A DNA stretch of 64,000 nucleotides. Origin: Glycera tridactyla. Lineage: Eukaryota. This document shows positions 26,791 to 39,860 of the stretch, piece by piece. The DNA is taken from positions 64,294,001-64,358,000 of the forward strand of contig OZ286474.1 of NCBI GenBank assembly GCA_965644265.1, given 5' to 3'. Each line of letters starts with the position of its first letter. The stretch's first letter is position 1. The notes under the pieces were generated by a model. The model was not told the DNA's origin and did no database searches. It worked only from the letters and a program-made list of their open reading frames with translations. The position numbers and the translations under genes are program-made.

Positions 26791-28399
26791 TCCCACCATG
26801 GGGATTGTTGTTTGTGTATAGAGCCTTCAACTGCAAAGTCACTGGCTCTGAAGACATATATCTGTTCCCAGTGGTTTGGGGTTATCATTTCGACCTGATG
26901 ACTGATTCTCACCTCCCTTTACTGGACACATATGACAGGATCGTAACTGTATCAAATGATACTGCAAATTCGAAGAGATGGTACTCAACACCCTGTGTTC
27001 AGAACCAAACCAAAGGCTTCGACCTCACAATTCACGAGAATAATTGAGGTGTTAACTCGGATGATAGCCTTACTGCTTGGGTGATGAATATGTTAGGTGG
27101 ATAATTCGCGTCTCTACTTGCAGGCAGTGGAGTTGTTCCACCACTGGGTTGATGTGATCCCTATTTCTGGCAAGAGTCACCACGCATGCTGCTGCATATG
27201 ATTAATTCGGGGTCATCTGGTTGAATCATTTTCCAGAAAATATTGGTTTCGAAAGGATTAACATGATCAAAAATTGATCTGGAGACTTATTATATGAGGT
27301 CGTTCGGTTGATCCACTGAAAAAAAACATGGGAACAATTGCTCCATATAATGCCCCGCTGCTCTTTTTATCCTGTACTCAGAGTTTGCCGACATCTAGAT
27401 CGGCAGAAAATGACTTTTGTTCTAATATTTCTGATAATTAGAGGACTCGAGAAGTTTCCGTATTTTGTGATGAGATTTTTTGTCTATGTAGACCTTTCTT
27501 GGATTTAGAAAGTACATGTAATATGACACACATGACATTGAAGTGAGACTTGTAATTTTCAAACAATACACAGCTCTAAAAAAGGTGTATAAATATGTTA
27601 TCGATTCAATAATTTTCAGTACATATCTTTTTTTCACAGAGCCAAAGCGCTGTTTATAGGTTAAAGTTTCAGAGAAATAAGTATCTGCCGACCTGTGTTT
27701 ATTTCCCATGATGATAGAGGCTTGGAGGTATGACATATAAATTTGATGAAGATGGATAAAAGCACATATGAACGACTGGAATATGATCATAGATGGCCTT
27801 GAACAGGCATCGATTTTTCAATTACCACAATGAGATGCTCTCCAGGGCCACAAATCTGACTGCATTATGGATGACTTCGGAGCATAGCCAGCACGACTGC
27901 GCGAAAGTGACGCCCCTATACATTGCAATTCAGTGCATGTCGGATCATTTGGTAACATTCTGATCACTTGCACTCTCACATTTGGTCCAAATGTTCATAT
28001 AGAGCGGATTGTGAGGTTTTTGATTGATTGATCTTTATTTTTTGGCTTTGTCAATTATGGAAATATACGCATACAGATACCCACTATATATGGGACATTC
28101 ACAAATTGACGTAGATAGATTTCAAGTATAACAATAAATGATATATACATGAAATGAAATGATGTGAAAAAACACGATTAGCTAATAACAAATATACATG
28201 GCTGACAGTCAGTCTGATGGATGTAATAATGTGATGAGTTGGAGTTTGTGTTTCTGAGTTTGAATATATGCGATGAGCAGAGAGAGGCGTTTAGAGTTAG
28301 GGGAAGATATCGCAGTGGTGGCCTGCCCTGGGGCTCGGTTAGAGCAGCTCTTGTCATGGGCCCTGGGTTATAGCAACTCCCACATAGTCTACTTCAATA

Positions 28400-28700
28400 A
28401 AGAGAATAAAGATGTCCGTTGTCTAGTATCTTACAAAGAGCGGCCCATTTTGGACACTTACTCCTGCTGAGCCGAAACTCTCTATTCTATACTTAAAGAA
28501 TACAAATCCTGACCACTTGGACATTGGCTTCTCTTTCCTGGCAATAATGATCATGCTATGGTCAGATGATGCTGTTTCCAGAATTCCATGATGATGATAC
28601 AATGACGCATCCTTCATCACAGTATGATCTGTTATAGCCCTCCTCTCAGTGGTCACTCTAGTAACCTTGTCATGGAATGAGTCCAGGTATGTGTTTTCAA
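28400..28700 (-). mobile_element. Decayed LINE APE-endonuclease fragment related to the 33950-36745 pol
   Basis: LYHHHGILETASSDHSMIIIARKEKPMSKWSGFVFF matches LYHQHGVLDTGITDHSMLIVIRKKLPMSKASEFVFF. Confidence 0.75.
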
Positions 28701-29212
28701 GATTTCCCTATAATGTTTGGAAATTGCTGAATATACACGCAGTGCGCGAAGGCATGGATGGATCTAAATGGGAATGGATGACAGCAGCATGTGTAAGACA
28801 GGGATGCAATGATGCTGACATATCTCAATCATCCCTTCATGCTCTAACCTCGATGAGATGAGGGTCCCTACTGCCAATGAACTGTTAATAGAATGTATTT
28901 CTGTGTCTGATGATCGTTTCCGAGACCATCACCGTAATTAACAAATATAATTATTGCAGTACGTCCGAGGATTTCGTGACTGGGCATAAAAATGGTGCCG
29001 AAATTGCAATCAAAGTTGCGGGCCGTTTTTTTGTAAGGAAATATACGAATATTCGGCTTTGAAACACGTTTTCAGTGGTTGGAACCACCTCCACATGTAT
29101 TCAATAACATGAATGATTGGAGTGTGGAAGTGCTAACAACTTCTCTCGTCTCCTCGTCAGAAATGATCACAGGCCATGTTTAAATGCTGTTGTTGTTGTT
29201 GTATAAATTTTA

Positions 29213-30502
29213 GTGGAGACATCCGTTGAAAATGCATCGAGAATTAACAAAAAAGAAATGCTGGACAAATATCGTAGGCTTGTAGAGGCCTTTCAAGATC
29301 ACGAGGATAGGTTAAAGTCTCATGAGGGTAAATTGCAAGATCACGAGGAGAGACTGAAAACCACTGAAGATAAGCTGAAAGAACTTGCTATGCAGACGGA
29401 GAAAGAACTAGATGCTATTGATGCAGATGACTTGGTAGATTCATCCCAAGAGGAGAAGCTGGAGGAAGATATGGAAGCAATGGAAGCCTTGAAGGATTTT
29501 CTATACCAACTTTCTTCAAGAGTGGATAATGCTGAAGAGTGAATAGAGAAAAATGAGATAGATATCGACCTCATTCAGAAAATAGAGGGACTCAGTGTAG
29601 TGATAGTGGAGGGTCTGGAGGTCAAGAAGAATGTTACTCTTCATGAACAGATTGTATGTTTTTTTAATGAAACTGTTGGTCTCAGTATCACAGTAGATGA
29701 TATTTGTCAAGTTATCAGGTATGGTCCAATCAGAGAGGGGAAGCCAAGAGCGGTAATGGTGAGATTTTGCAATCCAAACTTGCGTAGGAAAGCACTGAAA
29801 AGAAAGACAACTCTAAAAGGCACAAATTATTTTCTTCGGGAACAACTTACCCCATGGAAAGGGAGACTTTTCAGTCTTGCTAGAGAAGCAAAAAAAGATG
29901 GAAAGATTGCTTTCTGTTGGACACAGGATGGAAGAGTCTGCATTTCACATAGGAAAGACCAGAATAGAATAATGCTCAGAAATCAACAAACATTAATAGA
30001 TGCAATCAAACGAGCTGGGAAATACCCTAAACAATCAGAAAACAAGGATGAAATAACTGAAAAGGGAAATCTTTTACCCCAAAAAGACTCAGGGTTAGAC
30101 AAATCGAACACACCACGTGGAAAATCGAGCCCAGACCTTGATCAGACGAGTATACCTAAACAACTCAGTGACTTTGAAAATGTTTCAGAATCAGTTTCTG
30201 ATACACATAGGCTTTCTAATTCTAAAAAAAAGGAAAGTAATCCAGCAAAAGGCGCAAATCCCCCCCAAAATGAAAATGTGAAGAAATGGCAGAACATAAA
30301 AGCAAAAGTCCTAGAAAAGGAACGAAGTCTTAAAACTATGAAACAGTCTACACTTAGTTTCGGTGAGGCGTATATTCCAAACCAAGATGACTTTCCTGAC
30401 CTAAAGCAGTCATCAGAAACATCCGTGAGAGGGGGAAAAAGTAATCGTGGTTTACGGAAACCAAATAATCGAACAGGCCGTGGGGCTAAAGCCGGAACCT
30501 AG
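29213..30502 (+). pseudogene. LINE ORF1 (coiled coil plus RRM-like/FP25K-like domain), one in-frame stop at 29540
   Basis: Heptad/charged region, then VIVEGL...RYGPIREGKPRAVMVRF...FLREQLTP...CWTQDGRV; both ORF pieces are in the same frame. Confidence 0.85.
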
Positions 30503-30905
30503 CTGTTGCGCATGTGTACTGCTGTACATGGAGTTTCCTGTGATAAACAACATGCGGCGATAATTGTTTGATATGGCCACATTTCACGCCTGTCACGTAA
30601 CAAATAGAAGGGAAAGAAGATTTCCTCTTGGGCGCGCGTGTGTGCGACCTGGCCTAACTGATGTATAGGCATCTATCCATTCAATTGTTATAATTGATAA
30701 AATTGCACTGGCAAGAAGTGATACACATTCTACGCCCGTAAATGTAGATAAATCTTAAATGTAGATAAATATTGAATGATCACTGTCATATCTATGATGG
30801 AAAATATATATTAAAGCATGATAAAATCATAAATAAATGTATAGAAATTGTAGCTAATGTAATAGACATTGTAGTAAATTTTGTTATCACTATTTTGTTG
30901 ACTAG

Positions 30906-31781
30906 GTGGAATACCAGTCGGCTGTAGAAGCTGCCAAACAACGAGTGAATTGGAGCTATGAGAAGTGTCCAGTCTATCACCAACGAGACCTTCTTGAAAT
31001 GTATGGAGGACCAGATGTGACATTTCTTGGAAGCAGTCACGTGTGGAGACTGGGAAAATTTGTTCAAGAAATGCCGCAAGATAACACAATGAAGCCTCTA
31101 TTATCTACTTGGGACTATAAAGGAATAAGTGGGGCGAGCTGGGGCTGCTTTGAGAATGAAGTTCAAGGCATTTTTGCTAAGTCAAAAGCAGGAACAAATA
31201 AAGCCAGGCGATATGGCAATACACTGCAGAAAATGATAGATGCTCAGAGATCACCAAACTACCTGGTTATGGTTTTAGGGTCGAATGACTTGGATCGCTT
31301 TGCCACCAAAATGAGAACTGTAAATAGAAGTGTTAGAGATCCACGTGTTAGGAAAAGGAAGATTATCAAGATGCGCCATGAAGAGTACAGTTATTTGATA
31401 AATAAAATTTGTGATGTACTTAGACTGTTGCACAGTTTTTTCCCTTTGACTACTTTCTGCTTTGTCCCGATCACATGGAGACACGGATGGGATGATGAGA
31501 CTAGAGTGTTGGGTTTGTGGGTTGATCACTATCTAAAAAATCATGCATTTATCAGAATGCTTTTTCTACACACACATCAGCTATTTGTCAAACCATTTAA
31601 AAATTATTCCCAGCTCATGGAATTGCAGAAGAAACAAAAGAGGAAGAAGCCATGTTCCCATGGAGATATTTTAAATGGCATGTTTCTTGCTGATAAAATA
31701 CATCTCAACCAGTATGGTAATCTTGGCCTATGTTACTCTGTGGTTGGACAATTACTAGATAATTGGTTTTATACTACCTAA
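30906..31781 (+). CDS. SGNH/GDSL-type esterase of LINE family A, intact frame beginning at a splice acceptor
   Basis: Blocks FLGSSH (I), GISGA (II), VLGSND (III), DKIH (V); preceded by tattttgttgactAG at 30904-05; no ATG at the start of the frame. Confidence 0.85.
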   Translation: MEYQSAVEAAKQRVNWSYEKCPVYHQRDLLEMYGGPDVTFLGSSHVWRLGKFVQEMPQDNTMKPLLSTWDYKGISGASWGCFENEVQGIFAKSKAGTNKARRYGNTLQKMIDAQRSPNYLVMVLGSNDLDRFATKMRTVNRSVRDPRVRKRKIIKMRHEEYSYLINKICDVLRLLHSFFPLTTFCFVPITWRHGWDDETRVLGLWVDHYLKNHAFIRMLFLHTHQLFVKPFKNYSQLMELQKKQKRKKPCSHGDILNGMFLADKIHLNQYGNLGLCYSVVGQLLDNWFYTT

Positions 31782-33100
31782 TAAGTATGAAGCATGTGCG
31801 GTGTGAAATTTGAATGGATTATGGAACCATATTATGATTCTTCAAGCACTTTGAATTTATTTTGTGTGTCAATATATATACTCATGCCTTGTTATTAGTA
31901 TGTTATATAGGAGGAGATCTGCGAGGAACATACCTGAATACCTCTGAACCTTAACAATGGAGGCTGATAGATGCAGTGCCCTGATGGGGTAGGTACTGAC
32001 GTGGGATTCGTAAAATATCCAAAATGTGCCAATAAGCACAAATGCTGGGCTAAATCTGAGGCATTATGTTCTCATCATTGGCTGTCGTCCTAGAATGCAT
32101 TGAGAATTATTCCAGCCTCCTAGGCTGATCAAGAATTTGTTAAAAATGTCATAGATATTTATCTATTTATTTAATGGGTAGAGTTGCAGTGGAATGTATT
32201 CCGGCTCTCACTGTTGGCTGTGGTCCTGGAAGAAGAAACTGCAAAAATGCCTCACAAGATGAAGATAAAATCAAAATTTTTTTATTTCAAAATCTAATTA
32301 TCCTGCCACATGCCTGCCTGGCCAGGGTGGTGCATCTCACGGTTTCCCGAGCAGTGCAAGGGTATTTCCATATTTTCATATTTACATATTTTCACAACTT
32401 TCCTCTTCTATTTCCTAAGTCAATATTAATTATAATTTTCCCTGCAAATAACATACTTCTGTTGGTGCCGTGTGAAGCCTTACAATGACAGGAATGTTTT
32501 GGGGATTTCAATGAGGCGATATGGGATATAATTTGTGAAATGGTATTTTGAAAGCTTGTAATTGAGTCTGATTGTAATGCCATACATAAAGGTGACATAT
32601 ATTTAAAAAGGTCGGCAAGTTTGCTTTCTCTTAATTTCAAATATTATACTGTTGATTTGAGTAAATTCTAAGAGGGATCATTTTAGTTTTCTTATACAGG
32701 AGAGAGCATGTAGTTAGTCACATTATCTTGAAATAGACTTGAATTTGGTCGCATTTATCACTTTCATTTCCTAGGACAAAACCTGAATTTGGCCAATTTT
32801 TGAAGTAAATCATTTTTTAAAACATATTGTCTATTACTACTAATGTTATATTAGGCAGTACTTTGTTCACTATGATTTTCGATGAATTATTAGGGTGTGA
32901 GCTGGGGAGCTGTGAGGAATGCATTTACTTTAGGTTTTCTTTTGTTTAGTGTATTTTCAAGCCCTGGTGAGGTGAAGTTAAAGCCATACTTGACATTTGA
33001 CTTTTTCGTATATCGAATCATAAATGATGAGACAGTGAAAGCTAGTGATATATGTGTGTTTATGAAGTGTACTTGTGGATCTTGAGTTGAATTTGAATTG

Positions 33101-33540
33101 GTATCCTATCTTACAAATATCAAAAAGCCAAGATGACTGTACAGTATTTTGAGTTGAATTCAAGGCTTTATTTTCTCCAGTGACTTGTTTATCAGTATTT
33201 ATGTACATTAATTTTGGAAACTCAGATTGACCATTGTCCACTCTTTTCAAATTATTTTCCAATCCAATTTTATTTTAATTAATTGCTTGTCACCAAGTAT
33301 GTTTTTGTTCACTGATTTTGTTCACGGAGTATCCCATCTTACAAATATCAAAGAGCCAGGATTGCTGTACAGTTTTTGAGTTGAATTCAAGGCTTTATTT
33401 TCTCCGGCAACTTGTTTATCAGTATTTATGTACACTAAGCTGGGAAACTCAGATTGACCATTGTCTACTCTTTTCGAATTATTTTCCAATTTTATTTCAA
33501 TTAACTGCTTGTCACCAATTGTGTTTTTGTTCACTGATTT
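33101..33540. repeat. Tandem duplication (~228-bp unit) in the LINE-A esterase-pol spacer
   Basis: gtatcc(t/c)atcttacaaatatcaaa...gttcactgatttt occurs twice. Confidence 0.85.
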
Positions 33541-33949
33541 TCCTAAAAACTTTGCTTAAAGTGCGAATTGTTTTGTTTAATGAACTTTGATTGCCATACA
33601 AAGGTGAAGTGAAAGGTAAGTGTGACTTTGCTGTAAATCAAGAATTTGAACGGAATAATATTGCATCTTGAGGGAACTCATTTCCTGTTGCTTTTCTATA
33701 TATGAAAACTTCTCTCCTCTTTACTGATAGTGGTGATTTATTAACTAGGCTGAATTAATAAGTTTCCCAAGTTGGTGTGGGACCTGCTGTCTCTCCCAGA
33801 GAGGCAAACATAGCTATTTACTAATAAATACACTATAGCAATTTACACTAAAACATCTTGAATTTAGTTGAATTAACTATTGCTGTACTCGAAATATTTT
33901 TCTATTCTAAATTAAAATACAGATTTCCAACCACTGATTCATCATCATC

Positions 33950-36745
33950 ATGTCATCTCTCATAGACCCATTTGTAGGTAAGAAGGAGAGCTTTTCGAAA
34001 CCAACTCCACAACTGGCATCAATACAAGAATGTCATGACTTTAAAGGAGTGAAAATCTTAATATAAGAAGCCTTGTGAAAAAAGTGGATGAGATACAATT
34101 GCTTCTGTTACAGAGTAAACTTGATATTTTGATACTATCAGAATCTTTCCTCACCTCAACTATAGAAAACTCTGAAATTAGTATTCAAGGATATTATATT
34201 ATTAGAGCTGATAGGACTGTGGAAAGTGGTAAGCGTACTGGAGGAGGATTAGTTGTATATATTAGGAAAGATCGTGTTGTTGAACTTATGGATGAAACAG
34301 TTATATGCTGTCCAGACCCCCTAGTGGAAACAAGAGTGTGTTTTGTGATTGGCTGGATGAAAGTCTCATAAAAATTGAACAGTGTAAGTTTGGAGATGTT
34401 TTGGTAACCGGAGATAAGAATATTGATCTAATAACCCTAGATAAGAATGATCAATATCATAAAGTGTTGAAAAATAATAATCTATCACAACTAATTACAA
34501 AACACACTAGGGTTACTGAATTTTAGTGTGAACTGCCCAGAACTCTATCACCAACATGGAGTTCTTGACACAGGAATAACAGACCATAGCATGTTGATAG
34601 TCATACGAAAGAAATTACCTATGTCAAAAGCATCCGAATTCGTTTTTTTCAGAGACTTTGCCAAGGCTGATTTTAAATTAATTCAGGATAAGATAAGAAA
34701 TGCAAACTGGGAGGAACTTTTCTCCAGTAATGATACTGATAATTGCACTAAAATTTTCCATCAGATTATGAATAATATCATAACAGAAAATGTCCCATTG
34801 AAAAGACATCGAGTGCGAGAAAATTGGTCGAAATGGCTCACAGGAGAATACCTTGATTTAGTCAAGGATCGAGAGAGAGCAAATAGAAATTTCAAATTGG
34901 ATAATTCTGAGACTAATAAAACTGCAAAGAAGGTAATAGAGAAGCAATGTAAGAACTTGAAACGAAATCTTCAACGACAATATATAGAAGAATTATTGAA
35001 AGAGTACAAGTCAGAACCAAAAAAACTGTGGGAAACTATACATGCATTTTGGGGAAAATCGAAAGGGCCTACTGAAATTATGAAGATTGGTGATACTACT
35101 GATAAGAATGAAATTTCTGAACGCTTAAATCTTTTCTTTGGAAGTATAGGGAGTAAATTAAGTGATGGGACTGATCCAATTGCCAATTTTCCGTACAATT
35201 TAAATAATGCATTAAGTTTGATGGCAGTTGATTCACATGATGTACGGAAGACAATAGATAGGTTATCAGCAACAAAGGCTGGAAAAGATGATGGGATTAG
35301 TGCTAAAATTGTTAAAAATTGTGTAGAATCCCTTTGCCCTATTTTATAACATTTATCTAATACTAGTATTTCGGAAGGGACTTTTCCTACTCAATGAAAA
35401 TCTGCAACCATTATACCGTTGTTTAAAGAAGGTAGTAGATCTTGCGAGTCAAATTATAGACCCATCAGTCTTTTATGTACCCTTGGCAAGGTCCTGGAAA
35501 GATTGATTCACCTACAAATGTCAAAGTACTTCGAAAGTCATGGTCTACTGTGTCGGGAACAGTCAGGATTCAGGGAGGGGTGCTCCACTGGCACATGTTC
35601 ATCAGTATTTTTAGATAAAATATATTTCAATATTGAAAAACGAGATACCAGTGCGGTCCTCTTCCTGGAAAAAAGGCTTTCGACACAGTAGACCATGTCA
35701 TCCTGCTTAAGAAATTGGAGAGGTACGGTGCAAACCCGATGTGTGTGAAGTGGTTCAAGAGTTATCTGACTGGAAGGAAATGTCATGTAAGGGTAAATGG
35801 AGTGATCTCGAATGAATGTACAGTGTCATGTGGAGTCCCACAGGGATCCATACTGGGCCCCCTGTTGTTCACTATATATGTGAATGATATATCACATTAC
35901 ATGAGGGGGCTCAGTATGAATCTCTATGCGGACGACACTGCTATCATGGTATCAGATAAAGATCCAATGATATTGCAGACAAGACTGGAGGATGCTCTTA
36001 AACAAGCCAGTATAAGCTTAGCTTAAACATCAAGAAAACGCAAATTATGATATTTGGTTCTAAACAACAGGTCAGTCGCTGTAATTTTGAAATGAAGTCT
36101 CAAAATGAGCACGTAAAGCAAACGAAGACTTTTAAATATCTAGGAGTGATCTTGGATGAAACGTTGAGCTTCTCCAGTCATGCTGAACATATTAGATCAA
36201 AAACTATGGGAAGGGTGGGTGTTCTTGGCAGACTCAGGGACAGACTCAGTCGAGATGTGTCCCTGATGCTGTACAGGACACTCATCCTTCCTATATTTGA
36301 TTATTGCGATATTGTTTATGACAGTCTGGGTATGGTAAATGCGAGTAAACTTCAAAAAATTCAAAATAAAGCCTTTCGAATTATAACTCGGAGTGCACCT
36401 TTAACAAGAACATCTTATATACATAATGAATTACAAATGCCATACCTAGATTGTCGTCGACAGTATCATACTCTTATACATGTAAACAACATATTGACTG
36501 AAAATGTGCATCCCCAGTATGACCCATTATGTACCTACTTACAAGTATCACATGAATATCATACCAGATCACTGGGCAAGCAATATGTATCAATAAAACA
36601 ACCTAGATCAAAAATGGCAGAGGGTTCCTTTCATTTCAGAGGTAGCAGCCTATGGAATAACTATGTGAGGAGATATGAAGAATTTGGAAGTAAACCACCG
36701 AAAGTATTTAAAGAACAACTGAAATTTTTTATGCATATTGCTTGA
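33950..36745 (+). pseudogene. LINE pol: APE endonuclease plus reverse transcriptase, several stops and frameshifts
   Basis: LNIRSL, LSESFL, GGGLVVY, GDKNID, TDHSM, NYRPISLL, QSGFR, PQGSILGPLLF, YADDTA, FKYLGV. Confidence 0.93.
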
Positions 36746-37309
36746 ATATGGTGTCTGTAGTGATTGATACAATGTTGTTAATATAGATTGGAGGGAATCA
36801 ACCTTTTCTATAGATGTTTTTGCACCGTGCCTAAGCCTGAAACTGAAATTGATTTTGATTTTGTCTTCGACTAAGAACTTGAATTTGAATTTGAATGTGA
36901 ATATGGTTGTGTAAATCAAAACAAAAACAGAGTGCGTAGGTGGATGACTCTAATAATGTTGAATTTCATCTATTTACATAATAAGTGTACCAGTTGTCTA
37001 TTATAGTTTATGTAAGGTACATATCCTTAATGAAGTTCACTAAAAAGTTTCTGTTAATCTTCTTTCTCTTGCAATAGGGTCTTCTTCTTTTATTCATACG
37101 TCATCCTCATTACATCTCTGTCAAATCCATTCATCAACTTCACCTGAAATTATAAAGATGGTTATTTGTAAACAATTTGGAATGAGTACAGCATGTATGT
37201 ATTGTTGTAATAGTAATAGTTTTCGTCGCATTGGGAACGCCGTCGATAGGAGGCATTGTATATTTGTATTTGTATACAGTACAATTGACGAATCAAAATA
37301 AAGTAACAA

Positions 37310-38170
37310 TATATATATATGAAGCATTGAAAATCATGCTACATGCTATTAAGTCAAACAATGAGCAAACAAAACATATATACAATATGTACATCACCAA
37401 ATAACAATTGAAGACAAATATAACTTGCATAGAGCGCAAATATAGCCCGGTGGAGATACTGCACTAATAAGTATAGGTATTCCCTTTTTGGTTAACAAAG
37501 TGTTGACACACGAAAACTTAGATTCAACTTACAGTACAGCACCAAACAAAATGGGATTACACAAAGTGTGAATCGATGGGATGAGATGATATTGACTGAC
37601 GAGTAGGTGTATCACAACAATATGTGGGTCCTGGAGCGAAATCATGGATGATTAGTTAGCATAAGAACAATTTCATATTCTTTTTGAAAGTCGCCCTACT
37701 GACGTCTGTTCGCAGATGTTGTGGAATAGTATTCCATAGCTTTGTGCCCCCCCCCCCCCCGTATAAATTTACTGCCACTTGCAAAGACTGTGCGTGTTTG
37801 TTTTATCTCCAGGTCATTCCTGGACGATTGCCTGGTAGACCTGGTGGACACAGCTGATCGAAAAGTGATGTGTTCTGCTAGTGGGTTCCTTCTTGGTAGG
37901 GTTTGTTTAAATATCTCAGTTTCTTCAACGTTTTTCGCCAGTATTTGCAAAAGTACACATTTGGGTTTTCAGGAGGTGGTCTGTAGATACCACTTATAAA
38001 AAGGAGTCTTGTGTCTGGCAAAATTAACTTCATCCAAAGTGCTTCCATATCTGTGCATCAAATAGTTCAATCATCAAGCAATTAAACTATCTGGTCTGAT
38101 CTCTGAAGAATACCACCACCAGATCGTTTTTCCACAAGAATATTTGCGATCAACTGAACGTTTTGATGAA
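37310..38170 (-). mobile_element. Decayed LINE 3' fragment (RT C-terminal region plus 3' UTR)
   Basis: HITFRSAVSTRSTRQSSRNDLEIKQTRTVFASGSKFIRG...WN-like C-terminal segment; ends approximate. Confidence 0.7.
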
Positions 38171-38499
38171 TATTCACCTATCTAAACCTATGTCTAAAAA
38201 AAAGAGGCTTTTCAGTGACGCGATGGCATGAAACGGTCATTGGGATGATACTACATTTTTTGTATTTTAGATCATTTCACATCGGACCCCAAAAGAGTCT
38301 GGTCTAGAATCAAGCAAAATGTGGCCTCAATATCATGATGGGATGGACATACTGGTCATGGGTAACATAAAGGCACACATGGATACAGGTGAGATGTTCA
38401 ATTTCGTGGTGGTTGGCTTGTCTCATGCTAGTCAATTTGTTGACAGGGACATTGACCCCAGTGAATTCGTGATTCATTCTCCTCCTATGTTCGACTTGC

Positions 38500-39860
38500 A
38501 GCCATCGACGCTGAAAGACGTGGAGAAGGTCACAAGTGCTTCCAGTGCGTGCTTGCGCAGTCCTTTCTTTCATTTGCAACATGTCCCTGAGTGGCAGTGC
38601 CATCCCATCAAATTGGAAGAGAGCTCATATTGATGTGTTGACTACCAGACCATATCGTTTCTTCCCACCTTTGGGAATGTTATTGAAATACCGGTTCACA
38701 TCCAGCTGTTCGAATATCTGACGAAATCCTTTCGGATCGCCAATTTGGATTCAGAAGGGCATGCGTCACTGGGACATGTCTCACTATCTCATTGGATCAT
38801 ATTTTCATGGATTCTGACACTGGTCGTCCCACTGGAGCCCTACTTCTGGCTCTTAAATAAGCTGAAATATTCAAGGTATAGAAATAGCGCGCATATATGG
38901 TTCAAATCACACTCATCAGGACGTGACCAGATGAAAAGTCTGAAATTTCTTTTGCAAGATGTGTCACACATGATATGCCCCAGGGATCCACCCTGGGACC
39001 ATTGTTATTCGACATAGCCTTAGTATTATCTCACTTGCAAATTCGTGATATGCGGATGACACTGCTCATTTTGCCAGTAGAGATCTGAAGCAGAGATCAT
39101 TGCAAAACTAGATTCTGACCTAGAACGCCTGAGCTCAGGGTTTGAGTGCATGAAGTTGACCCTGAATACCAGCATGAATGCAGCCCTGGTGCTGGCCTTC
39201 CTCCGAATATAACTAAAATCATACTTATTCACGTAGTTATTTACCTACCTACTCAACTTTGGGAAAAGAGCCAAGACAATTGAAATCTCTCGTTAATCTC
39301 TGCTGTTCAGGAACAGCAATATCTCTCGAGTCAAAAACTGCAAATATCTGGGTGTCATCTTGGATTGGAATTTGAATTTTTAGGCGCTTGTCTAGTCTAT
39401 CTTGTCTAAGATTCGTATTAGGGGAGCATTGTTATGGGAAATGCATTCGCTTAGTCTGCCTAGTTCCATCCGATTCTACAATGCCTCATAAAATCAATTT
39501 GATAACTTCGTTTATAACCATATGGGCATCACACAGGCGAATCACCTCCGATTTTATCAAAATGTTTGCTTACGTACTGTACTCAATGGCTATTCTGTTA
39601 GGTCTGAAATAGCTATACAACAAATGTTACGAGTTTCATACTTGCATGTATACAAACAGCTAAGCATTGTGATACAAACGTATCATGCATTGAATGCCCC
39701 TACTTCTGCTTTTCTGGTCCACCTATTGATTACAACTTCTGACATGAGCACTCAATCTACAGGTTTGAGCTCAAGGGGAGATCTTCATCCATCTCAGCGT
39801 ACCAGATCCCAAGAGTTAGGGGCCCCTGAGTGTGGATTGACTTGCCCGAGGATATCAGGG
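38500..39860 (+). mobile_element. Old, heavily decayed CR1/L2-type RT fragment
   Basis: IPSNWKRA, YRPYRFFPPLG, PRDPPW (PQGS-like), KYLGVILD remnants across frames. Confidence 0.7.

Larger units (their letters stand above)
28960..36902 (+). mobile_element. CR1/L2-group LINE family A, near full length but decayed: ORF1, SGNH esterase, 2.2-kb spacer, APE-RT, (TTGAAT)n tail
   Basis: Component ORFs listed below; tandem ttgaat tail at about 36879-36902; 5' boundary estimated from a CpG-rich leader. Confidence 0.9.

Noticed and set aside
26322-26898. ORFs with HPSI or MDGW repeats
   Set aside because: Translated (CATC)n microsatellite
28992-29214. Upstream intron into family A ORF1 (GTAAGG at 29033, tttAG at 29213)
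   Set aside because: The join is out of frame and hits a stop within a few codons; the acceptor-like site remains unexplained
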